From the NCBI GenBank assembly GCA_040398805.1, contig JBBATK010000010.1:18113-82112 (forward strand): 64,000 nucleotides of DNA, in the 5' to 3' direction. Position numbers and translations under genes: made by a program. Below the pieces are notes generated by a model. The model saw nothing but the letters and a program-made list of their open reading frames with translations, was not told the origin of the DNA and did not search any database. This document shows positions 38,316 through 47,849 of this stretch, piece by piece. Numbering within the stretch: the first letter of the stretch is position 1; each line of letters starts with the position of its first letter. This DNA comes from Candidatus Kapaibacterium sp. Its GTDB lineage: Bacteria > Bacteroidota > Ignavibacteria > Kapaibacteriales > NICIL-2.

Positions 38316-41300
38316 ATGAAAACATCCCGCTCTTTTCGACGTGTTCCGTTCCTCTTCATCCTTGCTCTCGCATCCGTTCTGTCCTCGAAAACGGTGAGCG
38401 CGCAGGCGGTGCTTGTCAGCGAATACTATAACGTCAGCGATCCCACCGGCGAGTGGAACGAGATCATCGTCGTCCAGGACAACCTGGACATGCGCGGATG
38501 GTTCGTCACCGACAACAACACCAATCAGACGGCGCGCCAGGGCGGCGTCCGTTTCAAGAACATCGACTTCTGGAAGAACGTCCGAGCTGGCACCATCATC
38601 GGGATCTGGCACAGGAACTATCCCTCTAACGCCGTCGTCGACGTGGATACGTCCATCACGGACGGACGTGTGATGATCGCGCGGCAGGATACCAAGTACG
38701 TCGATGTCGTCGAATGGACGGGTCAGCCCACGGGGTTCAACCTTGCCCGTCAGGGCGATTTCATTCAGGTGTTCACCAAGGACACCGTCCACGTCCATGC
38801 CATGGGTCATCGGGACGACACAGCGCCGGGCAGCTATTGGGGCACCATGCCCGCACCGAAGACGAATCTTCTTCAGCTCTGCGAAGACCGCTCCAGCAAC
38901 CGCATGTATCCCGGCTCCTCCTTGGCCGAGTATACCGGCGCGAATCTGGAAGTGCGTTCGCAGGTGTGCCCAGGGAACATCACCCGCACCTTGCCGAATA
39001 AGGACTGCAACACGGGGGCGTCGAACTATCCGTTCTGGCATACGCTCCGGACACCCGTGTGGACCTCGCCGACCCTGACGGCTGCGGTCAATGCCACGAC
39101 CATCAACCTGTCGTGGAATGCCATGACCGATCCCAATCCCGGCGATGGCATCCAGGGATATCTCGTGGTCCGCGACAGCGGTTCCACCCCCTTCGTTCCC
39201 GTGGACGGCCGCGTGTATACGAATGGCGAACGCGTCGGCTCCGCCGTCATCCTTGCTCACGTGGCGGCGTCCGCACAGGCCTATGCCGACATCATCGACC
39301 TCCCCTGCGGCGTCATCTACACGTATCGTGTGTTCGCGTATCGCTTCGGCCTCGATGACGAGTTCGGTATCAACACGGCGGTCACGACCGCACGCGGACG
39401 TCAGTACAACACGACGTCGGCGGCCTTCTCGGAAGTCCTGAAGCCCTCGGGCACGGGTCCCACCCTGCAGTACACCAAAGGCGCGAACACCTTCTGCGAG
39501 GGCTCGTCCCTGGCCATCACCGCGCCGCCCCAGCCGGGCTTCACCGCGCAGTGGACGTTGAACGGAACCGATATTCCCAATGAGACCTCCCTCGGCATCA
39601 CCGCGCGGACGAGCGGACGGTACCGCCTGAAGCTCCGTAACGCCCAAGGCTGTCTGGTGCTCAGCGACTCGGTGGATGTGACGGTAAATCCGTTACCGAC
39701 GGTCGACGTCTTCCCCAAGAACATCACTCTCTGCAAAGATTCCGTCGCGCTCCTGCAAGCGACGGTGAATACCGACCTGAGCTATGCGTGGTCGCGGAAC
39801 GGCACGCCGATCACCGGCGCAACGTCCGCTCAATATCTTGCCAACGGCAGCGGCGACTATACCGTGCGCGTCGTCAATACCGCCACGGGGTGCGCATCCA
39901 CATCGGTCGGTGTCACGATCAAGACCCTTGATATCTGGTTCACGATGTCGACGTCCGTCGTGAACTTTCCGGACCTTCAGGACTGCGAGTCGTCCAAAGA
40001 CGACAACTCCGTGATCCTCACGAATACGAACAGCACCGATACCGTGCGCTTCACGGCGATAGAGTCGGCGAACTTCAGCATCGTCTCGCCCGCCTTCCCC
40101 TTGGTACTGGCTCCGGGCAAACAGGCCACGCTCGTCGTGCGCTTCACTCCCACGAGCTCTGCCGCCGCAAGTCAGACCATCAGTATCGTCGCTGCGCCCT
40201 GCGGCATCACGCAACGCATCTCGCTCAGCGGACGTAAGCCGGGCGCGGGAGCGGGAGTGACGACCAATGTCGCCAGCCGGGACTTCGGTATCACGGCATT
40301 CTGCGGAACGGATCCGACAGCGACGGACTCGATAACGATATCCGTTTCATCGGCCACCACCATCACCTCCATCGATGTCCCCTCGCCCTTTAGCGTCTCT
40401 GCCGCAGACAAAGCGGGCTTCACCATGAACGCGGGCGAAACGAGAGTGGTGCGCATCACGTTCAATAGCAGCGGCAATCCGTTTCAATCAGGCAAGAGCG
40501 ATTGCGTCATCCGATACAAGGCAGGCGCATGCAGCGATTCCTTGAAAGTGAATCTGCGCGGATCCTTCACCCTGCCGCAGCTGTTGGCGGACGTGGCCAA
40601 TCTCCGCTTCGCACCCGTCGATTCCTGCTCCGTCCTGTCGCGGGACACGGTGATACGCCTGACGAATCCGAGCGCGGTGGACGTGTACCTGGATCAACTC
40701 ACCGAACCCTCGCTCCGCTTTCTCGAAGTACCGACGAACGGACGTTTGCGCGTACCCGCCGGCGCTACGGTGAACGTCACGCTTCGCTTCTCACCGAACG
40801 GCTATCAGACCATCGCGAACAAACGTATCCTGCTCAGCGCTCAACCGTGTTTGGACGTTTCCGGTTTCGTGTTCAGCGGTGAGCGACGTGAATTCTCCAT
40901 CGGTAGCATCACTCCCGTGGTGAACTTCAATCAGGTTTCCGCATGTAACGGCTTCAGCACACGCACCTTGCCGGCATCGTTCGACGCCATCCTTACCAGT
41001 GGCGCCACCGCAACAATCTCCGACATTCGCGTCAGCTCCGCCCTTGTGCAAACGAGTCTGAAAGTAGGCCAGAGTTTCTCATCCGGTATGCAGTCCTTCA
41101 CGGTCTCGCTCGTACCCGGAGCGCCGGTTCCGCTCGGACCTTTCGCTGCGAAGGTGTATCTCACCTTCGATCCGTGCGGCATCCAACGTGTCATCGATGT
41201 CACCGCCGAATTCATCGGCTCGGAGATTCGCTTGTCGACCACAGGAAAAAAAGACACCACCATCGACTTCGGAACGGTGACCGTGGGTTCGAATGTCATC

Positions 41301-42266
41301 CGGTCGGTCGCCATCCGGAATACCTCATCCGTCCCCGTAACCTTAGGACCCATCGTCAGCATCAGCGCACCGTTCACATACACCCTGAATCCGCCGCCGC
41401 CGTCCGTACTTCAACCGAACGAAGAGGCGTTCATCGATATCATCTGCGCACCATCGGACACCTCGCGTGCTGATGTACTGCTCCCCCTCACGATCACGCT
41501 TCCGTGTTCGGATACCGTCCTCGTCCGTTTGAAGGTGAATGGCGGAAGCGCCGGCGTCAATCCCTCGCCCTTCCGTTTCGAGATCGATCATCACACGGCG
41601 GACGTCGGCACGCAATACACCATACCTGTGCGAATCACCGGGAGGGATATCGCCGCCAAAGCCCTCAGCGCGGTGGACGTGACCGTCAATTACAATTCCG
41701 CATTGTTCCTCGTGACGGGCGTGCGTATCGGACCGGCGTTGCGGGACTTCACCCCAAGCATCCTCTCCACCGTCAACGGCGTCCGCCTTGGCGCTCGGGG
41801 CGGTACGACGGTGCGTGGCGAGGACGTGGCATGGTTTATCGATGGAACGGTCCTGCTCGGCGATGCACTGACGACGCCGTTGGCAGTGGATACGGTGAGT
41901 CTTGCCATCACCAGTACCGAGCTCACGCCGCAGCCTCCGGTGAACGGGTCGCTGACCATCACCGGTTCCTGCAAACTGTCGGATCGCCTTCTGAATGTCG
42001 GCGGCACCTTCACTCTTCGCCGACTTCAGGTGGATCCCGACGGCCGGAGCGGCGTTCTCGACTACGAGGTGGTCGGTGATCAATTCACGCGCATCGAGAT
42101 CTATTCGATGACCGGAGAACGAGTGCTCGTGGTGACGGAGGGCACCGTGTGGGCGGGTCGACATGAAGCGGTGTTCTCCTGCGATGCGATGGCGCAAGGT
42201 TCATATATCCTCGTCGTTGAGAATGGCATGCATCGCCGCTCTCTGCCCTTCTCTCTTCTTCGCTAA
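38316..42266 (+). CDS. Giant secreted T9SS cargo protein D (1316 aa): signal peptide, lamin-tail-like domain, FN3-like and Ig-like modules, ASH/DUF1573-like repeats, cohesin-like module, type-A T9SS C-terminal sorting domain
   Basis: Signal peptide MKTSRSFRRVPFLFILALASVLSSKTVSAQ. VLVSEYYNVSDPTGEWNEIIVVQDNLDMRGWFVTDNN is the LTD pattern. LSWNAMTDPNPGDGIQGYLV is FN3-like. Repeats VNFPDLQDC..., RDFGITAFC..., IDFGTVTVGSN... CTD ...GSYILVVENGMHRRSLPFSLLR. Confidence 0.8.
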   Translation: MKTSRSFRRVPFLFILALASVLSSKTVSAQAVLVSEYYNVSDPTGEWNEIIVVQDNLDMRGWFVTDNNTNQTARQGGVRFKNIDFWKNVRAGTIIGIWHRNYPSNAVVDVDTSITDGRVMIARQDTKYVDVVEWTGQPTGFNLARQGDFIQVFTKDTVHVHAMGHRDDTAPGSYWGTMPAPKTNLLQLCEDRSSNRMYPGSSLAEYTGANLEVRSQVCPGNITRTLPNKDCNTGASNYPFWHTLRTPVWTSPTLTAAVNATTINLSWNAMTDPNPGDGIQGYLVVRDSGSTPFVPVDGRVYTNGERVGSAVILAHVAASAQAYADIIDLPCGVIYTYRVFAYRFGLDDEFGINTAVTTARGRQYNTTSAAFSEVLKPSGTGPTLQYTKGANTFCEGSSLAITAPPQPGFTAQWTLNGTDIPNETSLGITARTSGRYRLKLRNAQGCLVLSDSVDVTVNPLPTVDVFPKNITLCKDSVALLQATVNTDLSYAWSRNGTPITGATSAQYLANGSGDYTVRVVNTATGCASTSVGVTIKTLDIWFTMSTSVVNFPDLQDCESSKDDNSVILTNTNSTDTVRFTAIESANFSIVSPAFPLVLAPGKQATLVVRFTPTSSAAASQTISIVAAPCGITQRISLSGRKPGAGAGVTTNVASRDFGITAFCGTDPTATDSITISVSSATTITSIDVPSPFSVSAADKAGFTMNAGETRVVRITFNSSGNPFQSGKSDCVIRYKAGACSDSLKVNLRGSFTLPQLLADVANLRFAPVDSCSVLSRDTVIRLTNPSAVDVYLDQLTEPSLRFLEVPTNGRLRVPAGATVNVTLRFSPNGYQTIANKRILLSAQPCLDVSGFVFSGERREFSIGSITPVVNFNQVSACNGFSTRTLPASFDAILTSGATATISDIRVSSALVQTSLKVGQSFSSGMQSFTVSLVPGAPVPLGPFAAKVYLTFDPCGIQRVIDVTAEFIGSEIRLSTTGKKDTTIDFGTVTVGSNVIRSVAIRNTSSVPVTLGPIVSISAPFTYTLNPPPPSVLQPNEEAFIDIICAPSDTSRADVLLPLTITLPCSDTVLVRLKVNGGSAGVNPSPFRFEIDHHTADVGTQYTIPVRITGRDIAAKALSAVDVTVNYNSALFLVTGVRIGPALRDFTPSILSTVNGVRLGARGGTTVRGEDVAWFIDGTVLLGDALTTPLAVDTVSLAITSTELTPQPPVNGSLTITGSCKLSDRLLNVGGTFTLRRLQVDPDGRSGVLDYEVVGDQFTRIEIYSMTGERVLVVTEGTVWAGRHEAVFSCDAMAQGSYILVVENGMHRRSLPFSLLR

Positions 42267-42465
42267 ACGACATCGTTCAAGATCCATGATCACCTGCAGC
42301 CGCGTGACCTCCGTCGAGTCGACACGACGCGTTTATCCCTTGACGGTTCTCGCGTACAGGCGCGGGTGATAGGACGTTTGATACTCCGTCTGAACGACGT
42401 TCTCCCGCATGATATGCGTACTCTTGCGCAGGTTAAGATGGGTGGTGCCGACGCAGGTCGGGGCT

Positions 42466-43218
42466 CTATTCGCTGCCCGGTGTCTCGAGGATTTGAAGCT
42501 TGAAACCCAGGCCGTGGACGTTGACGATGGTGATGCGGGGATCGTCCTTGAGGTATTTCCGCAGGCGTGTCACGAACACGTCCATGCTGCGACCGTTGAA
42601 GTAATTATCGTCGCCCCACACCTCCTTCAACGCATCGCTGCGGCGCACCACCTCGCCTGCCGAGCGTGCAAGGATGCGCAGGAGTTCGGACTCCTTATGG
42701 GTGAGCGTTCTCGACTCTTCGTGACGAACGAGCAGGCGGCGCTCTGCATCGAAGGAATACTCGCCGATCGTGAATCGCTTACCATCGTTCGTGGTCCCGT
42801 GAACATGTGTGCGACGCAGGATGGCTTTGATCCGCATCATGAGCTCGTCGATACTGAACGGCTTCGTCACATAATCGTCGGCTCCCATTTCGAATCCTTG
42901 GAGTCGGTCTTCCGGAAGACTTTTCGCGGTGAGGAAGAGGATAGGAACCTTCGTGTCGCGGGAACGGATGTGCTGTGCCAACGTGAATCCGTCCTGTTTG
43001 GGAAGCATCACATCAAGGATGCAGAGATCGAAACGGGAGCTAACGAATGCACTCTCGCCCTGCTCTCCGTCGGTACAAAGCGTGACATCGTATCCTTTGA
43101 GCTGAAGGAATTCGGAGAGCACGGCTCCGAGGTTGGCGTCGTCCTCCACCAAGAGCAATCGCGCATGGTCGAGCGATCTTTCCGCTACGTCGGCGGTTCC
43201 TCCATATTGCGTCATCAT
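42466..43218 (-). CDS. OmpR-family response regulator (receiver + winged-helix DNA-binding)
   Basis: LLVEDDANL, D in ILDVMLP, KPF, C-terminal wHTH (LTHKESELLRILA...VHGLGFKL). Start chosen at the MMTQYGG ATG. Confidence 0.85.
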   Translation of the reverse strand: MMTQYGGTADVAERSLDHARLLLVEDDANLGAVLSEFLQLKGYDVTLCTDGEQGESAFVSSRFDLCILDVMLPKQDGFTLAQHIRSRDTKVPILFLTAKSLPEDRLQGFEMGADDYVTKPFSIDELMMRIKAILRRTHVHGTTNDGKRFTIGEYSFDAERRLLVRHEESRTLTHKESELLRILARSAGEVVRRSDALKEVWGDDNYFNGRSMDVFVTRLRKYLKDDPRITIVNVHGLGFKLQILETPGSE

Positions 43219-43377
43219 AATCTCTCCTTCGTTAGGTTTCGACGTCCGCTCGCCGAGGACGTCACCGCAGACACTCATAGGTACGGATTCCCGATGTTCC
43301 GCGACTCATCCGACGCCGACCACACCACCTCGCGCCGTCCGAAACGGCGGTTTCGGATCCGGCTCGAGCATAGTGAC

Positions 43378-45366
43378 TCACGCGCGGCTCAGGCACGGAA
43401 GGATGATGGTGAAGGTACTTCCCTTCCCCAATTCGCTTTCCACACTCACATGACCGCCGTGCGCTTCCACGATGGACTGCACGTACGATAATCCCAGACC
43501 GAATCCTTTCACATTATGCACGTTGCCGGTGGGCACGCGGAACAGTCGTTCGAACACCCGCTTCTGATTGTCGCGACTGATGCCGATGCCGGCATCGGTC
43601 ACATCGACGCGCAGATGCGAACCCGCATTCGTACTGCGCACGGTGATCCGAGGAGCATCGGTACTGTATTTGATGGCATTGTCGAGCAGGTTGAGAAGCA
43701 CGTTACGCATGTGCATCTCGTCCGCCGACACATCGGTGATCGATGCACGCACGTCCACATCCACACTGCCGCCACGCGATTCCAGCTGCAGACCGATGGC
43801 GTCGACCGCTTCCTCGATCACTTCGTGCATATCGATCCTGCTGACATTCAGGACCAATTCTCCGCGCTCCATCTTCGCCGCTTGCAGAACGCGCTCCACT
43901 TGTGAACGCAGCCGATGATTCTCCTCCCGGATGACGCCAAGGAAGCGCTGCACGCGATCGGTACTGGCCGACACGTCGGGATCGCGAAGGGCGTCGGCGG
44001 CAAGCTCGATGGTCGCTATCGGGGTCTTCAACTCGTGGGTCATGTTGCTGATGAAATCGGACTTCATCTCCGAGATCTTCTTGTGTCGGTTCAGATTCCG
44101 CATGGTCCATCCGAACGAACCGACGATGATGGCCATGAAGACGGCGGATGACCCCAAGATGCTTGCATTCTTGTTCATGAGGTACTCTCGCTTGGAGGGG
44201 AAACTCACAAAGAGCGTATGGTTCTTTTGCACGATATCGCCGGGAAAGAGTACCGTTCGATAATCGGAACCTTGAACATCCGCCGGCTTTCCGTCTCTTG
44301 TTATGACCATCCGCGAACTCTGTCCGTCCACGATACCGAAGACATACTCGGTCGGAAGATTTCGGTGAGCGAATTCACGTCGCAAGACAGAGTCCACGGC
44401 ATCGGCCGACACACGCTCGCCGAGCGTACGGGTGAATTCCCGTAAATCGCGCACCGTCTGTTGTATGTGCGAAATCTTCTTTCGGGCGCGTCTCGTCAAC
44501 TCGTCGTCGCTCTTGGACGTTCCGGACGGAGTCGTTCGTAATGACGTGCGTCCCGAGGATGAGGCATCGGAGATGCGAAGCAACGAATCCTTCACTCCGG
44601 CTGCCTGCCGGGAAAGCGCCAATTGCCGGGAACGCTCCCGCATCTGTTCAGGATTCCCGACGGCCACGGAAAATGCAGAGTGCGTCCCTGACGGCGACCC
44701 GCTATTGTCACCGAATCCTATGGTCACCTGCACCCCGGGCGGCTCGCTGGGTATGGCATCGACAAAAGGCCGGTCGAAGGCGAACCGCCTTGATGTCATC
44801 TCGCGTACTGTTTCCTCTAGCCCCTGCTCAACCTGCTCGAAGGCGGCATCGAATTCGCCGCTCATCTGGCGCAACACGGAATCCCAAGAACGGGAATGCC
44901 GTTGGGTGTTGGACCCGGAAGCGAGCGGGTCTGGAGAGCGCTCGACAATGACCTGCCGGGATGTCGGACGAGGGATCTGCCCCATAAAGGGTCGTGCGGA
45001 ACGTGCACCATGGTTCATCTCCGGCACGTCGGAGAGTCGTTCTTTCTCGTTTTCCTTGCCGCTCCGTATGGCTATGCGTTCAGGTATCACGTCAGCACGA
45101 GGAGGTTCGCTCGGTGCGGTATCTCGATTCTCGACATGGATGCCGGAGGTGATGGCAACGGCGTCGGCGACATGTTCCGCATCTTCCAACTTCTTGGCCA
45201 CGGAACTCAAGGATTCCTGCACCTGTTGACGGAACAATTGCTCGCTTAGCTCCAAGGAGTCACGAACGAGCAGCGCTTGCGCACCCACCAGTCCCAGCAT
45301 GGCGAAGGCCAGCGCACCGGTGATGAAGCGGGGAGAAAAGGACGAAGAACGTTTCATGGCCACGGA
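43378..45366 (-). CDS. Sensor histidine kinase with about 400-aa N-terminal region of unrecognised fold (HisKA + HATPase_c at C-terminus)
   Basis: H-box HELKTPIATIELAADAL, N-box LLNLLDNAIKYS, G-boxes DTGIGI and GFGLGL. One transmembrane helix near the N-terminus and one before HisKA. Start at MKRSSSF. Confidence 0.85.
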   Translation of the reverse strand, partial: SVAMKRSSSFSPRFITGALAFAMLGLVGAQALLVRDSLELSEQLFRQQVQESLSSVAKKLEDAEHVADAVAITSGIHVENRDTAPSEPPRADVIPERIAIRSGKENEKERLSDVPEMNHGARSARPFMGQIPRPTSRQVIVERSPDPLASGSNTQRHSRSWDSVLRQMSGEFDAAFEQVEQGLEETVREMTSRRFAFDRPFVDAIPSEPPGVQVTIGFGDNSGSPSGTHSAFSVAVGNPEQMRERSRQLALSRQAAGVKDSLLRISDASSSGRTSLRTTPSGTSKSDDELTRRARKKISHIQQTVRDLREFTRTLGERVSADAVDSVLRREFAHRNLPTEYVFGIVDGQSSRMVITRDGKPADVQGSDYRTVLFPGDIVQKNHTLFVSFPSKREYLMNKNASILGSSAVFMAIIVGSFGWTMRNLNRHKKISEMKSDFISNMTHELKTPIATIELAADALRDPDVSASTDRVQRFLGVIREENHRLRSQVERVLQAAKMERGELVLNVSRIDMHEVIEEAVDAIGLQLESRGGSVDVDVRASITDVSADEMHMRNVLLNLLDNAIKYSTDAPRITVRSTNAGSHLRVDVTDAGIGISRDNQKRVFERLFRVPTGNVHNVKGFGLGLSYVQSIVEAHGGHVSVESELGKGSTFTIILPCLSRA

Positions 45367-45634
45367 AGATGAGAAGCGTTGATTCGAAAATAGAGGGCAA
45401 AGCCCTGAACTCCCTGAGTGATTAACACACCTTAACAGGGACGAAAACCGACGAAAAACGGGTATTTCGCTGGTCTCAGTCGTATAGACGAGGGCGCGGG
45501 CATCTTGGTTTCCCGCATCGGCTCCCAACCCGTCGTCCTTCCCTCCTTGCCGGTTTGTACCGCCTTTTTCCTATATTTGCATTCGGTTATGACAATCCGA
45601 TGGGCGTCTCGCCCATTTTTTATTCGATCGAATC

Positions 45635-46108
45635 TTGATACGAACGATCCCGGACGAGTCTTTAGAGATCATTCATCGCGTGTGCGCCGACCATGGCTGT
45701 ACGCTCGTTGGCAGTGACCTCCGCGGTACCGAGCACCGCTTGATACTCGACCTCTTTATCGATAATCGACAAGGCGTGACCCTTGATAACTGCTCCGCAG
45801 TCCATCGCGTCCTCCTTGAAGAAGCCGAAACCGACAATTTTCTGAGTGATGTATACAGGCTCGACGTATCATCACCCGGTGTTGATCGCCCGTTGACATT
45901 CAATTGGCAATACGACAAACACGTAGGACGCATGCTGAACGTGCAGTGCCATGACGGGACCACCGTCAAGGGAACGCTCACGGAAGTATCGGAAGGCGAC
46001 ATACTCATCGCCCCGGTTGCACCGAAAAAGCAACGCACGCCCGTGGAACCCCGTCGTATCCCCTTTGACCATATCACGAGTTCAACCGTAGAGATTGATT
46101 TTCGGTAA
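45635..46108 (+). CDS. rimP: Ribosome maturation factor RimP
   Basis: RLDVSSPGVDRPL motif and its position immediately upstream of nusA. Confidence 0.85.
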   Translation: MIRTIPDESLEIIHRVCADHGCTLVGSDLRGTEHRLILDLFIDNRQGVTLDNCSAVHRVLLEEAETDNFLSDVYRLDVSSPGVDRPLTFNWQYDKHVGRMLNVQCHDGTTVKGTLTEVSEGDILIAPVAPKKQRTPVEPRRIPFDHITSSTVEIDFR

Positions 46109-46302
46109 CCCCGTTCGGTTCGTCCGAATCGGCATGGTCGCCGATGCCACGAGATTTTCTCCTCGAGCATCCGGCCGTTCCGATGTGCGTGCGTGCCGCA
46201 ACCGTGTCCTTCGACGCGCATGCCGGCGGAGGAGGAACGAAGGGTGGTCCGGAATTTGACACAGACATATTCACTCACTGATTTACTCGAGTAGGTAGTA
46301 CC

Positions 46303-47778
46303 ATGGCAAAACGTAAAGCAGCGCCGAAGTTCGACAAGAAAGTGATCATCGAAGCATTCGCCGAGATGGCCCGTCAAAAGGGCATCGATCGCGACCTTCT
46401 GCAGGGTCTTCTCGAGGAGACTCTCGGCATGATGGTGAAGAAGAAGTACGGCAATGACGCCAACTTCGACATCATCGTGAACATGGAGAAAGGCGACATC
46501 GAAATCTATCTCACCCGCGAGATCGTGAAGTTCGTGCTTAACGAAGCGCGGGAAGTCTCGCTTGCGGAGGTGACCTCCAAGTCGAAGGATCCCTACGATA
46601 TGGGCGATGAGTACATCGAGGAGATCTCCTTGGAGAACATCGGTGCCGAGTTCGGCCGCCGTATCATCACGCTTGCCCAGCAGGCGCTGGCGCAGCGCAT
46701 ACGCGACGTGGAGAAGGATAACATCTTCAACGAGTACGAGCAGAAAGTCGGAGAAGTCATCGTCGGCGAAGTCTATCAGATACGCCGCAACGACCTGCTC
46801 GTGATGCACGACAAGCACGAGATGCGCATGCCGCGCGAAGAGCAGATCCCGAACGAACGGTACAAGAAGAACAGTGCCATTAAGTCCATCATCAAGGAAG
46901 TACGCCGGAGCGGTACGAGCGGCATGCCGGACATCATCCTGTCCCGCGCCGATGATCAGTTCCTTGCCCGTCTGTTCGAAATCGAGATTCCGGAGATCTT
47001 CGACGGCATCATCGAGCTCAAAGCCATCGCACGCGACCCCGGCGAGCGCTCGAAGGTCGCCGTGATCAGCTTCGACGAACGCGTGGACCCCGTAGGTGCC
47101 TGCGTGGGTATGAAGGGAATCCGTATCCACTCCATCGTCCGTGAACTCGGCAACGAGAACATCGACGTCATCGAGTGGAGCGAGGATCCCGTCACCTTCA
47201 TCAAGCGGGCACTGTCGCCGGCGAAAGTGAAGGACCTGATTCTGGACAACGAAGCGCGGACGGCCACCGTGGTGGTACCGGACGACCAGGTGTCGCTGGC
47301 TATCGGGCGCAACGGACAGAACGTCCGTCTCGCCTCCCGCATCACCGGCTACACGCTCACGCTCATCAAAGAAGGCGGAGAAGACATCGAGCTTATCGAG
47401 TTCCGCGAGGAGATCGGCCGTGAACTGTACGACAACATCATCGAAGCGCATATCGACACGGCACGTGAATTCCTTGCCGCCGACCTTGTCACCCTGGTCC
47501 AGATACCGGGTATGACACCGGAGAAGCTCTTGGAGATCCGCGCGCTCATCCTTGAAGAGTTCGATGAACCCGAGGTATCCAACATCAGCGACAAGATCCT
47601 TGCGGCGGTGATGTCACTGGATCCCGACAACATTCCCGTGAAGTCCATCGAGGACGAGATCGGCGACCTGTTCGATGACATGGTGACGGATGCGGCCGGC
47701 GACGACGACGAAGACGGCGCAGGGTCCGCCGGTGGCGAGGAAGAAGCACCGAGCGACAACATCGAAAACAACGACTAG
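46303..47778 (+). CDS. nusA: Transcription termination/antitermination factor NusA
   Basis: S1 and KH domains (GACVGMKGIRI, AIGRNGQNVRLAS), acidic C-terminal tail. Confidence 0.95.
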   Translation: MAKRKAAPKFDKKVIIEAFAEMARQKGIDRDLLQGLLEETLGMMVKKKYGNDANFDIIVNMEKGDIEIYLTREIVKFVLNEAREVSLAEVTSKSKDPYDMGDEYIEEISLENIGAEFGRRIITLAQQALAQRIRDVEKDNIFNEYEQKVGEVIVGEVYQIRRNDLLVMHDKHEMRMPREEQIPNERYKKNSAIKSIIKEVRRSGTSGMPDIILSRADDQFLARLFEIEIPEIFDGIIELKAIARDPGERSKVAVISFDERVDPVGACVGMKGIRIHSIVRELGNENIDVIEWSEDPVTFIKRALSPAKVKDLILDNEARTATVVVPDDQVSLAIGRNGQNVRLASRITGYTLTLIKEGGEDIELIEFREEIGRELYDNIIEAHIDTAREFLAADLVTLVQIPGMTPEKLLEIRALILEEFDEPEVSNISDKILAAVMSLDPDNIPVKSIEDEIGDLFDDMVTDAAGDDDEDGAGSAGGEEEAPSDNIENND

Positions 47779-47849
47779 CATATTCGGCAGACCGGGAGGG
47801 CACACACTGTGCCCTCCTCCCTGCCCTCCATTATTTACGGCTTGTATCC

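Noticed and set aside
45367-45634. Possible tRNA-fMet (metY) upstream of rimP-nusA, as found in E. coli
   Set aside because: I could not find a T-loop (GGTTCRAATCC-like) or an acceptor-stem pairing in the 268-nt interval. It is probably a promoter or leader only.
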